From Vicugna vicugna (lineage: Eukaryota), in assembly GCA_013265495.1 (NCBI GenBank), contig MU058384.1, forward strand, positions 123,622-187,621: DNA of 64,000 bases, read 5' to 3'. The notes below the pieces were generated by a model, which did no database searches, was not told where the DNA came from, and saw nothing but the letters and a program-made list of their open reading frames with translations. Both the position numbers and the translations under genes were made by a program. Positions 13,869 to 28,320 of this stretch are shown here, one piece after another. How positions within the stretch are numbered: position 1 is the first letter of the stretch; the number at the start of each line of letters is the position of its first letter.

Positions 13869-14425
13869 TGTGTAAGACTCAAGGTAGCTACCATGGTCGC
13901 CACGTCCTGATGTTCCTTGTGTGAGCTTATCCCCTAAGTGTGAGCAGGACCTATAACTTGCTTATAACCAATAGGGTATGGCAAAGGTGATGGGCTGTAT
14001 GTGATGATGTGATTACATTACATAAGTCTGTGCTGCCCTTCTCCCTGGAACCCCTCATTTCCTTGCTGGCTTTGAGGAAGCAATCAGCCATGCTAAAGAA
14101 CCCCATGTGGCTGAGACCTGCAGGCAGCTTTTAGGAGCTTAAGGTGGTTTCAAGCTGACAGAGAAATAAAACCTTTCGTTTGAAGGCCATGGTAAAATGA
14201 ATTCTGCCAACAACCTGAATGGGCTTAGCAGTGGATCCTTCTATAGTCAAGCATTCCAATGAGCCCCCCAGGCTGAGGCTGACACCTTCAATTGCAGCTT
14301 TGCAGAGGAGGCAACTAAGCTTTACCAAGATTCCTGACCCGCAGAAACTGAGATGACAAATGTGTGTTGCTTCAAGCTGTTAAATTTGTAGCAGTAATTG
14401 TTATGCAGCAATAGCTATCTGATAG
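13869..14425 (+). mobile_element. MaLR solo LTR (MLT1E-like)
   Basis: atggcaaaggtgatggg...tgctggctttgaggaagc...aatgaattctgccaacaacctgaatg...ttcctgacccgcagaaactgagat...ttgttatgcagcaatag. Confidence 0.85.
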
Positions 14426-16259
14426 AATGTGAGAAAGACGCTGATCTATTGTCTTCTCTGATTGTGCATCTCAAATCATACTCTCCTCTTTACGTAAAAT
14501 TTTAAAAAGTGGTTTTTTGATCCAAACTCAAGTAAGTAAGATGTAACAGAAATATCTGGAAAATGTCAGATACTTCTAAATTTATGAACAGATTTAAATT
14601 AACAGGTTTCACAGTCAATCTTAGGACCAGTTAGGAAAATCACTAGAACCCTGGGAAATAAATGAAAGTGAACACAAATCATATCAATATGTGGTATGGG
14701 TTAAAAACTGGTATTAGACATTTATAGCATTAAATACTAACTTGAAAAAAATGTCTGAAAACAATGATCAGAGCTTCTGTTTAAGAGTTGGAAAGGTTAT
14801 TTATAGTCATATATTTACATCTGTCCATTTACCCATATACCTACCTACCTACCCACTTACCTATACCTCTCTATCTTATCCTACCATTTCTGAATAAGGG
14901 TCCAGACTTCTGAAAAGGAAATTCAAACAATAGCTATGGCAGTCCCATTTCCTCAGGTTTTCCTTTGTGGTAGGCATGTTTTGTCTTCAAAAGAATGGGC
15001 AATATTTGGTTAATTTCAATGCAGCTGAATTGTGTTCCTGACTTCTGGGGGACAGAGTATCAGAGAATGTTATTTCATGGTTAGCTTTTCCTGTAATCCC
15101 TCTAGTAAGCTGTTCTGTGGCAAGTAAATCATGTAAACATTCTACTGCTGGCAGGCATTCGCCATACTTCCTTGTGCTTCTAATTTATTGAACTGTGTCT
15201 TCCTTCAGCAGCACCTTATGAAAGCTACAGCATTAATCAAAGCTACCCTGTCAGGGCCTTATGCCAACAGCATTTGTTCAGCATCGTTATCAACTCTTGT
15301 TTTATGGAAGATTAGAGGTTATTTTTTCAGAGCTCTGTGATACTCTAATTTAAATGAATATGAAAATTATAACTGTCTTCAGCTTATCTCCATTTCTTAA
15401 TAATCTTAGTCCAAAAAAAAAGTTATGGTCTTTGTATTATCATTACATACAAGAGCTGTTGTCAGCCACAAATGGAAGCTTAACAGATATTTTTAAATGA
15501 CTTGAATAGTGAATGGTTTAAGTTACTGTCTACTGTGAACAAACTGTGGAGCTAACCTTGTTTACTATTTCTGTAGCATCTGATGTAATCATCACACAAA
15601 AGCTACATATTTATTTGGGTCTATATATTTAAGACTGTAATTATGCTGAATACAATATTTATACTTATACCTATTCTGAACTTTATAAGAGTTCATGATA
15701 ACTTCACAAATGTAAGGCATACTTGTCAGAAATGTAATTGAATTAATTTATACAAGTAGCTGATATTGTGGTATTTTGGTATTAATATCAAAGTGTAAAG
15801 AGAAAAGATATTGCTATGAAAATATGCTTGGAGTTTGGATAAAGATAGAAGTTATGGTGAAGGAAATTAGTAGATTTAGAAACTTTTGAAGGAAGAAGGT
15901 AGCAGATGTTATAAAACAAAAGTAAGTTTGAAAGTAAACAGAACAAAACTGTAAATTAAGAATGACCTAGGGTTTCTAGTTTTGTGTTCATTCATTTTTT
16001 CTCCATGATTATTAATAAGCATAGGGCAGAAAAAATTGAAGAGAGAGGAAACATAATAAAATTGTGAAAATCTTATAAACAGAATGCTAGTGAATATTCT
16101 CTTTAAATATATTCAGCTATGGAAAGTATTTCATAATATTCTGTAATAAGTATTTCTATGTGGCTTTTAAATGTGCCCATTAATAGTTCATTGATTTGAT
16201 TCTTAGGTAAGGAAAGAAAAAGATCAATTATTAGAAAAATGCACTTTTTCTTAAATATT

Positions 16260-17150
16260 TCATTGAATATTGCATACATAAAGGAAATCATAAAATTATA
16301 ATGTATAAGTTGATAAATTTTCAGTAAGTGAACACATCCATAAAACCAGCACATAAAACAATAACAGGGCATTACTGTATCATTTCCCCCAATGATAAAT
16401 ACCATTCTGCATTCTAATACCATAAATTGCTTTTGCCTAATTATGAGAATTATGTAAATGAAATCATAATAGAGATTCTTTTCTGTTTGGTTTCTTTTAC
16501 TTAATATTTATGAGATTTATCTAAGTTGTTGCATGTAGTTATGGTTCATTCATTTAAAATTCCTCGTGGTAATACACTGTATGGCTATAACATAATTTAT
16601 ATATTCTTTTTGGTATTGTGTGAAATACTGGGTTGTTGGAGGTTTTGCCTGCTACAGATAGTGCTGCTAGCACATGTACTTTGGTGAAAAATATACTCAT
16701 TTCTGTTGGTTTTATATATAGGAGGGAAATTCCTGAGTTTGTTATTATGCATTTATTATTTAGCTTTTATAGATACTGAATTTTCTAAAATGGTTGTACC
16801 AATTTAAATTCCTATTGCCACGTAGGAGAGTATCAGTTGCTCTGCCATTTTTCACTAGCACATTTTTATTTGATCATTTTGGAGTGTATACAAAGCTCTG
16901 TTGGTGATTTTAATTTGCAGTTACCTGATAGTTATTGATTCCAATGTAATTTCATATATTTATTTTAGATTCAAATATTCTTTTTCAGTGGAGTGCATGT
17001 TCATTCTTTTGCTTGATTTCTACTAGGTTTCTACCCTTTTCTTTTTGATTTTTGAGAATTTTTATATATTCAGGATACATATGCTTTGTTACATATATCT
17101 GTTGAAAATATCTTTTCCTCATTGGCTTCATTTTAACTCTTGATATTTTC
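16260..17150 (-). mobile_element. Ancient L1 3' end (L1ME/MD-like)
   Basis: tgtaaatgaaatcataat...atgagatttatctaagttgttgcatgtag...aaatggttgtaccaattt. Confidence 0.7.
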
Positions 17151-17490
17151 TTATTTTCTAGTAATCTCTTATTTTGGAAAAAAATTCAGTTTACAGGAAA
17201 GTTATCCATCCATACCTGCCCCAATAGCTTTAAATAAGTAATGATATCTAGGGATGTAGTAACTACATCAGGTATTTGTATAAGAAGTCTTGAAATTTGG
17301 AAGAATTTAGCAGTTGAGTCATTTGGCCCTGAATTTTCTTGGAGAGAAGTTTTGAATAATGGGTAACTTCTCAGAAACTGTGTAAGCTAAAACGCAATAT
17401 TACAGACTTTTTAAAAAGGCTGCTAGGAGAATTTTTAAGAAATCTGCAAACTTAGAAAATCTATCAGCAAAAACTTTCAAAAATGAAGAT

Positions 17491-18057
17491 TATGCAAATC
17501 ATATATCTGATAAGGGGTTGCTATCCAAAATATATAAATAACTCATACAACTCAATAGCAAAAATACAAACAATCCAATTTAAAAAATGGGCAGAAGTTC
17601 TAAATAGACATTTTCTCAAAAAAAGACATACTGATGACCAACAGGTACATGAAAAGGTGCTTGACATCACTAATCATCAGGGAAATTCAGGTCAAAAGCA
17701 CAAGGAGGTATCACCTCACACCTATTAAAATGACGGTTATCAAAGACAAATAACAGGTGTTGGCAATGAATACGGAAACAAGTGAACCCTTGTGCACTGT
17801 TGTTGGGAAGGTAAATTGGTACAGCCACTATGGAAACGGTATGGAGGTTCCTCAAAAAATTAAAAATGGGACTACCAAATGATCCTGCAATTCCTGTCCT
17901 GGGTTTTTATCCAAAGGAGACAAAATCACTATCCCAGAGAGAAATCTGTACTATGGCGTTCACGGCAGTATTGTTTACAATAGTCAAGATATGGAAACGA
18001 CCTAAGTGTGGTTGATGGATAAATGGATAAAGAAATTGTAGTATGTGTATGTATATA

Positions 18058-18090
<33 letters not shown>

Positions 18091-18595
18091 TTCTGTAACA
18101 TACACACAATGGAATATTATTTAGTCATAAAAAAGAATGAATTTTGCTGTTTGTGACAGCATAGTTGGATTTTGAGCCCATCGTGATAAGTGAAATAGGT
18201 CAAACAAGGCCAAAGACAGTACATTTGGAATCTAAGAATAAAACCAAAACCGACCAACAAAAAACAAGCTCATAGATACAGAGAATAGAGGTGTGGGCTG
18301 GGGATGGGTGAAGGGGGACAAAAGGTACAAACTTCCAATTATAAAGTAAAGTAATGAAGATGTAATTTACAGCATGGTGACTGTAGTTAATAATGCTGCA
18401 TTGCATATTTGAAAACTGCTTTGAGAGTGAATCTTAAAAATTCTTACTACGAGAGAAAAATAGTGTAACTAAGGCAGTGGATGTTAACTAGACTTACTGT
18501 GGTGTTCATTTTGCAATGCATACAACTATCAGATCATGTTGTACACCAACAACTAATGTTATATATCAATTCTACTTCAATTAGAAATGAAGAAA
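17491..18595 (+). mobile_element. 5'-truncated L1 (L1MA9-like), ORF2 C-terminus and 3'UTR
   Basis: ORF 17830-18015 ([30 protein letters not shown]) is L1 ORF2 C-terminus; approximate TSD aaaaatgaagat / aaagatgaagat. Confidence 0.9.
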
Positions 18596-19833
18596 AAGAT
18601 GAAGATGAAATAAGGATGTGTTAAGATAACTAAAAATGAGGAAGTTTTTCAAAAGAAAACCTGCAACTGTATTAAATGTTAAAGGAATTTCTTCAAGAAG
18701 AAGAAAAATGATACCAGATGGAAACTTGGATGGATGGATAGAGAGAGAGAGAGAGAGAGTGATCTGTAGATATATACACGTAGTGATATTATAATTTTTC
18801 AAATCAGAGTAGGATAATTAAAGATGCTTGAATAAGAATAAAATACAAAAATAGAGTTTATAAGCCTACAGCAAATTTAAAAATGGAATTTTAAGAGTTA
18901 TGCAGTAAAGGGTGTGGCATCCGCACAAATTAAGATCTATTACTATCCGGAGTTTTATTATCATTCTCTTGCTTTTTCATATATTTACTTCTGCCTGTTT
19001 TTGAATTTTTAGGGTTACACCGTATTCATTCACTCTGAGCATTCATTTTATTCAAATTACATTAGTTTTTGTAGTTTTACTTCGTTTCCCTTCATCTAGA
19101 GTACACTGAATATATGAATACTAAATTATTTATCAGTTCTACTGTCAATGAAGATTTAGGTTTTGTCTGTATTGGTTTGTTTCAAGAGCTTCTCTGTGTT
19201 TTAAACCCAGAAGGGGCATTTATGTATCTCAGAGTATGCCCGTGTTCATTATTGTTTAAGGAAATCTCAAATTATTTGTATAGTCAGATATGCCTGTAGA
19301 AGACATGAGTATTACTGTTCCACCATACCTTCAACAGTGCTATGTATTTTTTTATTGTTCCGTTATTCTATGGATAAGATGTGTTGTTATGTTTTTAATT
19401 TGCATTTCATCATCACTGTTAAGCTAAAATGCATTGATGTGGGCATTGATTAATATGTGGTTCCCTTAAAAATGGCTATGGTGCTTTTGTCAGTAGATTA
19501 AATTTCATAATTTAATTTCAGATAGTACTTCAGATAATTACCATCAAAACAATGTTGCATAAGATTTGATGATTTTGAATAATGTAATTGCAGACCAGGA
19601 TAAAATGTATAATGAAGGCTTGGTAAAGTCTCAGGCATCAAGCATCTCATGTCATATTCTTGAAAGTTATCATTAAATTTATTGGGAGGACAGTTTTCCA
19701 GTCCATGTCTATCTGTGTTAAAACCTCAAGGCATAAAGATACTTTTCTTCATAGCACTTCTGAAAATTTCAGTTACAAATCTGATGCATTTCTGTTTTTA
19801 TCTTGAAGGTGAGGAAAGACTGGTGCACACTAT

Positions 19834-20195
19834 TGTATTGGTTTTCTGCGGCTGCATGACATGTTACCACAGCTGCAGGAGCTTTAAGTGGCACAGATCT
19901 GTTCTCTTCCCTTGTTGGTAGGTCTGAAGCCAGGCACATGGCACGACTGAAATCTCTACTCCCCAGGTTTAAATCAGGGGATGCAATCATCTTCTAAGTT
20001 TTCTTTGTCTCCTTGTTTTCCATGTAGTCTCTTCCATCTTCAAGGCGTCGGTGGCACATTTGAGTCTTTCTTGCCATTTTACTTCTCTGACCACTAGCTG
20101 AAAATTTTGTTTGCTTTTAAGGGCTCGTGTGGTTAAATTAGACCTACCTGAACAATCTCTTTTGCCGTATAATTTAACATGATCATAGGCATAGC
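19834..20195 (-). mobile_element. MaLR LTR fragment (MLT1D/E-like)
   Basis: tgtattggttttctgcggctgc...ttgcttttaagggctcgtgtggttaaattagacctacctgaacaatctc. Confidence 0.7.
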
Positions 20196-20987
20196 AGTAG
20201 TGTGATTTGCCTAACAAATTATCTAATCTGTTTAAACATTAATGCTGAGCAAATTATCTATGCATATATGAATTACATAGGGGCCTGCTGATCTGATGTG
20301 ATTAAATATATGGTATAGAAAAGGCAACCTGTTTAAAATTTAACCTTTCTTCTTTTCCTACTTCCTTTTTATCTGACCTGCGATATAACCCATGAATTCT
20401 GTCTGCTTGGCTTTGGGGCATTTGTAAAATTCATTTGCTTAGCAAACATACACCACACTATATATCATAAAGTATATAGGTAATTAAATTCATTGTCATT
20501 TTAAATATTACATTAACACAAAACAAAGGAAACCTCAAACATTAGCTATCTCACCTGTTAATTTGGATTAATCTATTTGAAGTGTGACCTACCTAATAGT
20601 CCTTATTTCCACCTAGCATGCAGTATGGGAAGCTCTATTTTAATGAAGAGTAGGAGGCAAAGTTACATTTTCTGCATTGACCAATGCTGAGAAATTAGTA
20701 TCCCTGTAGAACAAAAGTAACTCCAAAGAGAGATTTCTTACTGGATGAAAGGGATGTGTTTCTGAATGTGAAAGAGGAATGGCAGAATGAGACTTTGGGA
20801 TTAGAATGTGTTCATTTCACATTTCTCTCAAGTGACATCCCTACTTACAGCAATTTATAAACACAACACACTCTTAATGACTAACAAGTGTGAGAAGTTA
20901 CGAATTTTAAAACTGAAAATTGAGAACCTGAGAAGTATAGTTATATAACATTCTTCAGAAACAAAACTTTTACTACTATATATATAC

Positions 20988-21055
20988 TTTTTTTATTTAT
21001 TGAAGTATAGTCAGTTACAATGTGTAAAATTTCTGGTGTACAGCATAATGTTTCT
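20988..21055 (-). mobile_element. Very short young L1 3' tip
   Basis: T-tract then ttattgaagtatagtcagttacaatgtgt...tggtgtacagcataatg; same family as the element starting at ~43120. Confidence 0.75.
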
Positions 21056-21479
21056 ATTTTTTTGCAAAAGATTTAATCACAAAGGATTTTTAGTTAATAT
21101 ATTTAGTTTCAGATTTACTTAGCCTTTTAATGCTTGGGATCAATCTCAATTAAATGTTAAAGTAATGGAGAACTCATAGATGAATACAGCAAATAAATCT
21201 TAATTTATTTCCATGCTATAATATTTTATTATTCAAGATGTAGATAGCCTATAAAACTCATTAAAGAAACTCACATGATTTAAGAAATTAAATAATTTTA
21301 TAATTGCAAATATTATTTTAATCATTTACATTTTATTTCTTGAAGGGCTTAAGTTGAAACAATAAATTAACTTTAATGTTGCAAGAGTGACTTCCATGTT
21401 ACTTCCAACCTACTAGTTTAATAAAGTTTATTTATGTTTTAATGACACAGGATTAATGTATTATCAATTAGAACATGAA

Positions 21480-22360
21480 ACTCACAAACCATATACTGGC
21501 AGAAAATATTTGTAAATTATATATCTAATAAAGGGCTTATACTTAGGACATAACTCCTCTAACTATCAACAAGACAATTTAGTTTAAAATAAGCACATAT
21601 TTAAAGAGACATTTCTTTAAGAAGATACAGAAATGCTTAATAAGCACATGAAGAGATTCTCAACATCATTAGTTGTTGGGGGGATACAAATAAAACCAAA
21701 CTGAGATACTACTTCACGTCCACTTAGATGGCTGTAATCAAAAAGAAAGACAATAAGAAGTGTTGGTGATGAAGTGGTGAATTTGGAACCCTCATATGTT
21801 GCTACCTGTTATGTAAAATAAGAACTACAGCCACTTTGGAAAATAAGTTGGCAGTTTCTTAAAAAGTTAATATATAAACTTATCGCCTGATCTTCCTAAC
21901 TGCTCCCAGACCTCTACCCAAGAAAACTGAAAAATACGTCTACACGAAGACTTGGCTGTAGATATTCATAGAAGCGGTATTCTTAATAGCCAAAACTGGC
22001 AGCAATCCAAATGTCCATCAGCACAGTCTGACTTATCCTCATAGTAGAATGCTGTTCAGTAATGAACAGGAACGTGGTACTGAACCATGAACTGAACTAC
22101 AAAATAGATGAACCTCAAATATTTTGCTAAGTGACTGAAGCTAGACACACAAGATTCATACTGCATGTTTCAACTTGTGTGAAATTCCCAGAAAAAAGTA
22201 AATCTATAGAAACGGGGAGATCACTGGTTGCCTGGGACTGGAGGTGGGCATAGGGGTTCACTTTAGATGGATATGAAGAAATTTTGGAGGATGATAGAAA
22301 TATTTTAAAACTTGATATTGGTAATGGTTGCATAACTATCAATATATTAAAAATTGAGTT
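21480..22360 (+). mobile_element. L1MB-like 3' end
   Basis: aataagcacatgaagagattctcaacatcattag...ggaaccctcatatgttgc...aatctatagaaacggggagatcactggttgcctggg. Confidence 0.85.
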
Positions 22361-25300
22361 GTTTCCATACCATAAGTCCCTTTTATGGCATGGACATTTA
22401 CTTCAATACAGCTATTTTTATAAAGTGTATCAGTTTCTCTCCTATTCAGTTAGGAAATTGGTGTTTAAGATTTTTCATATCTTAGATCTTTAGTTAAATC
22501 CTCTTATTTGCAACCCTGTGCCTGTAAAACCTATAAGGGAAAGACAGTTCCCTCAGACACCAGTATTACCAAATGTCAATGATATGAACTACACTTTTTA
22601 GTAAGTATAACTAACTTACTGTTATTTCACAAGAAATGAAGTTTTATTTCTTTGCATTTTGCAGAGGATTTGCTTTTGAAGAAGTCTAGTCTCAGAGATT
22701 TTTGTGTACATGAATGTGACATTAACCATTTTAGAATCTGATATATGTGATAAAATTAATTTTCTTATGGAGTGCATAGCAAATGATACTGTTAAAAAGT
22801 CTGCCTTGTAATTTATTTAGAATCATTACAGAAATCTAGAGATGGACAGTCTTGGTGAGACTCATGATTTTTTTTTAATTTTTGAGAAAATTTCATCCTA
22901 TGAACACTTAAACTACATTTCATAATGGAATTTTTTAATCATTTTCTCTAGAATCAGAGTTTATGATTGTAATTATTTTCATTTAGTTGCATGTAACATA
23001 ATTAGAAAACTTCAAGACCATGTTCTTAAGTAATTGATGAAAGTTTAACACATAATCTTATTTCCCATGCAAACCAGATATGTTAGTATGAATATGACAA
23101 ATTGTTATTCACATTTACAAATTCAATTATCTTTCTGACAAAACAAAAATTAATTTAGCAACTTGTATTGGAGAATATTTTTTTGAGCATCACCTATGTA
23201 CCAAGCCCACTGTTATTAAGCATTAGGATTATAATTGTTACTCTTGCCTCAGTCCAGATGGACACAGACATCTACTCTAAGCAAATGTAGGTAATATGCA
23301 TCCTTCACCCTACAGCTGGCTTTTTACCTTCTTAATCATACTTTGTCCTCTCTTGATATTCTAGATAACTTTACTTGCTGTTAATTTAAACAAGATATAT
23401 TTAGGAGTGCAAGAAGGGTCATTTAATTTAGTTTCTTATAATTGGAGTTATTCATCAACATTTTTATTTATTTGTTGGTTGTGTGTACTAATAATAAAAG
23501 GAATTTTATTTTTAATTCAAGAATGTCTCACCACCCTTATAATATACAGTGTATTTTAATTTTTAATAATTAGGTGAAGTTAATGAAATTTGAAATTACT
23601 TATAGTTAATCATAAAGACAGCAGGAAAGTTCAAATTGAGTATGTAAACAATATTGAAAATAATTATTGAAGTGAAACTCTTAAATGGAGTCTATGAGCC
23701 AGAAATATATTAGGCTTTTTGAAAACATGAATATATACACTTTAATCTCTCACTGTAGTTCTGTTTCCTTCTAAAGTAGCTTTGAATTCAAATAAGATTA
23801 AATAAAGAGTTCATATTTTTTATTCATTATTTTTATATTTCTATAACATCTTGGTTCCATGGAACACTGGGGAAATAGACAATGTTTACCTTTTCAGTCC
23901 AGAAGGAACAAAACACAACAAAAACATATTCTATTTATTTAATCTGAAAGAAAGATTTACCAGCATCTCTCTCTTCTCTCCCCTTATTCCATGCATATTT
24001 TCTAATGAAATCATGAAGTGAAGTTTCTTTACTTCATCAAGATAAACTTTATTTGTTCAGCTTATTTTCACCTCTGCTTTTATTGAGTGGCTTGGGTCTA
24101 TTCCTAAGAGTTTTTGAATGTAAAAAAACATATATATCTCATGCAGTTTTTTTTCACTCTAGTTTGCTTCTTTGACTTGCATTTTAGCTGATTATCCCAG
24201 GCAATAGAATTTTTTTCCCAGTTTGCTCTGTTGAAAGTCGTAAAGTCCCTTGAAGTAGCAGTGTTAATTGTCACTCAGGTTCTAAAACTTCAGAAAGTGT
24301 CAGGAAAACTAAGTAGACCAATTCTGTGATCCCTTAATAGAAACCACTTTATTTGGTTTAAAGTTGTGTAATATAAAGAGTTCACTATAAACGAAAACGC
24401 ATTATGAAAAATACTGCAGACCCTATTTTGAGATGCACCCAGTAGTTGCCCAGTAAGATTGCCATGTGTTTTGTGGTGTCAATTGGTCAGAAGTCAATCA
24501 AAGAGTTTTAGACAATATCCACAAAATCATATTTGTTACAAACATAACATTCTCCATTCATGTATTTCTGCAAGTTTTTCTTAAAATTGATGAATCAGAA
24601 AGTAAGAGACAAGGGAATGTTTCTATTCAGAAACCTTTTTCACCTAACTGGAACAATTAAATTAAATTTTATGTTTTGTTTATTGCAGATAGTTTGGAAA
24701 TAACTATAACTATTGCAGAAAATATATTAAATCCAACTAGGAATATGTTTGATGTGAAACTCTATTCTTTACTGCAGGCTCTTTATGGCCCTAGGGGAAG
24801 AGTTTGGGAGTTACTATTTCATGCCCAGTTTTCCATTCCCCTATTGCTCCCTCTCAAGGGGAGAGGAATAATTTATCTGATTGTCAGATTGAGCAGAGGC
24901 TAACATTTCCTGAGCCGCACAAAGTAGGAAATGCATAACTATATTAAGCAACATGAACTGGAGGCAACATATTCTGCAGTCAACTTTCTCCTACCTTCTT
25001 TCTCCCTCCCTCTTCTTTGTTTCATGGATTGTAAGTAGGGATTCAGGGTGTTGTGGATCCTTGGGCTAAGTTTAGCCATATGGTTTTACCAGTGCTAAAG
25101 ACAATAGAAAATTTTACATCTGCACTGACCTTTTCAAGATGAGAAAATTAATTGCAAATCTCTTATTGAACAAAAACAGCAATACTTCATATCATCAAGG
25201 TTTCTAATATGCTATTTCAAATTGATTTGGCATCTTTTGATCCAAAATAACATTTAACTAAGAATTATGTGTTTTGGTGAATTGGTGTTTTGGGTTATTC

Positions 25301-26869
25301 AGTAGTTTCTTCTCAGACAAATCATTATTTTATGAAGTGAGGTTCTGTATTTCACCTTTCTAATTGACTGAGACAACTGAGTCAGATATGAGGTTATACA
25401 AGATCCCATGAGGTCTTGTGAAATAGCTGTTACCAGAGGGTGGGGTCCCCCAAAGGGAACAAAGAACTGAGTTGATACATCTTTTTTTTAAATACCCTAT
25501 AAAGTGATATTGAGTAGATAAACTGAATAATCACGGAAGGCCAAAGCACATAGCTCAGTATCTGTATATAAAAGCAATTTATTATGAATCTAGCATTTGT
25601 CGTCTGTGGTGTTACTATTCATTTGAGATGTGACTACAGTCCTAAAATGGGAATTTGAAAGATGAGTTATGAGATATCTGAGAAAAAGCAAAAACAAGAG
25701 AGAAGATTTTAAAAATTTATTTGTTTTATTATTGTTCATTTTGAATCAGTACCAATTATCTTATACTGCTCCCTTTGCCCTAGAGGGATAGTGCCATTTG
25801 ATTGTTACGGTGGATCATTTATGGCCAGATGAATCCTTGACATACCACTTGACTTTAGTTATTTTCTTTATAGATGCCCAGTGATAGGTTTGAGTTAAGC
25901 CATTGATTGTTCTTGACATACTTAACTTGTTGATTTTTCTGAATGTTTTAAAGATCTAAACTTTTAAAGTGGCATATTTGTGCTTTTTCAAATAAAATGT
26001 TTTCACATAGCTACCACTAATTTTTAACAAGTTGTTATTTTCTAGGCTAGTATTCCAAGGTATAGTTTCACCAAGTCCCCTGGTGTTTGCAACTTAATAT
26101 TCACATAATAATAAGAGAAGTATACTCTATTAGCAAAGTGATTCAAAATGAAATAGGAATGTTTTGAGTATTTTTCACTATATACGTTTATTCTAGTTTC
26201 AGAAATAATGACAGTACCAGTAATCTCTTGTGAATTTTTGAGCTGAAACTCTCACTTTACCAGTGTGTAACATCTAGTGGATAGTAAACATATGTCTAAT
26301 GGAAAGGATATTTAACACAGCTATATCCTAATCGTTATCTTTGTAAACACATATTGACACATACACAGAGCCCAGGATGAGCACTGTGATTAAATCATTG
26401 ATTTTTAATGAAGTTAAAATATTAATTGCATCCTGTTTTCATAGTTCTCCAGGTTATAATAGTACATAAATATCACTCAGAGTAGACGTTCTTGATAATG
26501 GTTTCTTCCTTAGAAATTACGAGAAACGTTTTTATGATGCTCATAAAGTACTTAGCATCATGTCTGGAACAGAGACACTGCCCAATAAATAGGTTAGTAC
26601 TAAGATTACTGTTTTATTACAAGTAATAATTTGAACATTGGACTGCAGAAAAATCTTAAATTTTCTCAATTCTCATTCAGGCTTACTTGTATATCCACAG
26701 TGGAAAAGCATGGGTAGATATTAAATACCAAATAAAAATTATAATCTAAACCTCACAGTCTATATTTTACCTTAATGTTTTGCATGAAGAAATAAATGCC
26801 TGCTCTCAACAAATAAAGATACCTGACCTCTTCTGGTTTACCAGGTTGTGTGTATTGAGTTTTTTTAAA

Positions 26870-27130
26870 AAATCTTAATGAACAGTCTTGTTTTTAGAGC
26901 AGTTTTAGTTTCATAGACAAATGGAGCAGAAAGTACACGTGATTCCCACATACTCCCTTCTCTCTGCTCCTGCCCAGTTTCTCACTTGCTTTGATGTGGT
27001 AAGTATGTTACATCAGTGGACCAGTATCAGTGGTTATTATTATTAACTAAAGTCCATAGTTTACACTAGGCTTAACTCTTTGTGTTTGTTTTTTGACAAA
27101 TTCATAATACCATATTTCCACCACTACAGA
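26870..27130 (-). mobile_element. L1MC-like 3' tip
   Basis: tttttagagcagttttagtttc...ttattaactaaagtccatagtttacactagg. Confidence 0.75.
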
Positions 27131-27308
27131 GTGGCTCCTAGTCCTTTATGTGGTATTTTGATTTTTACTCAATACTTAGTGCCTTATTTTATAAAACTTT
27201 AATGGAGTCTTTCTTAATTTCTTTACGTTTCTGACTTTCTCCTAAGAAATCTTTTTTTTTTTTTCAAACTTCTGAAGTCGTCAAATGTGTAGGAATTCTG
27301 TGTTCTGA

Positions 27309-27855
27309 TGTTAGGCAGTTAGATAAGTGGGAGCACCAAGAAGATAAGGTGGAGGAAAGGCAGGATGGTCTGGAAGATGGTGGTATGCCTGCCTTCAGCA
27401 TAAAGGGGCTTTACTTCTGAGTGAGTGCCAGCCAGAAACCGATTAGAACCCAGTAGCCACAACTGCACGTTAGCGACAAGGACTAACTGAACATGACCTA
27501 ATGCTCATTGTCATATAGTTATCATTGCGGTTTAGGCCCCACCATGGGTTTTTCTGTATGAATCATGGGTAAGGACATACACAAAAGGGGACAACCATGA
27601 CTATGCACTCCAGGGGCAAGAACCATCAATCAATCAAGAGACCACCTGTAAGGGAGGGTATAAGCAGGGGACCAAAGACCTGCGCTGCTATCCGCCCTTG
27701 GATCTGCCTGCCTCTTGCTCCTGGAGGTGTGCTTACCCTTTGCTGATAAATCCTTTAAAACCTTTTGTTACATAATGCTTCATCTCCCATCTGAAGTCTT
27801 ATATTTCGTGTATGACAAGAACTGGGGGCTTTTCCCTTCCCCTTTGGGGGTAACA
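27309..27855 (+). mobile_element. ERV1-type solo LTR
   Basis: TGTTA...TAACA termini, TATAAG at 27659, degenerate polyA signal gataaa at 27745, 4-bp TSD ctga/ctgg, GC-richer than flanks. Confidence 0.8.
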
Positions 27856-28139
27856 CTGGGGCTCTTCCATACCTAACTATGATTACCCATCAGCAGTATA
27901 TACCTGTGATTTTTTACTTGCTAGTCTTGTACTGAAAGGTGTATATGAACATAAATCAGGAAAAAAGGTTGTGTGAAGAAGATTGTGCTTCTGAATGTTA
28001 AGAAATCTTGGATAACAAATGTTAAACAGTTACTTTCATTAATATAATTTCATATTCATAAAATCATGAAAACTCTCAGTATAATGGAAATATCTACTAT
28101 TTATTGAGGAATTAATATTTTTCAGTTACTGTGGTGGGG

Positions 28140-28320
28140 GTGTTTACATATATTACTTACGGCTCTCACCGTCCTGCAGGTTGTGTTTCCAGAATTTGCA
28201 GATAAGAAAACTAGTGCTTTAAACTTTAAGTAATTCATTTCAAAGTACACAGAAAAACCCCTAAAATTTAAACTGAAATATGCTTGATTCCAGGGCTTCT
28301 GAACTTCACATTATACCATA
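28140..28320 (-). mobile_element. MIR fragment
   Basis: atttgcagataagaaaact...ttaagtaattcatttcaaagtacacag. Confidence 0.55.
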
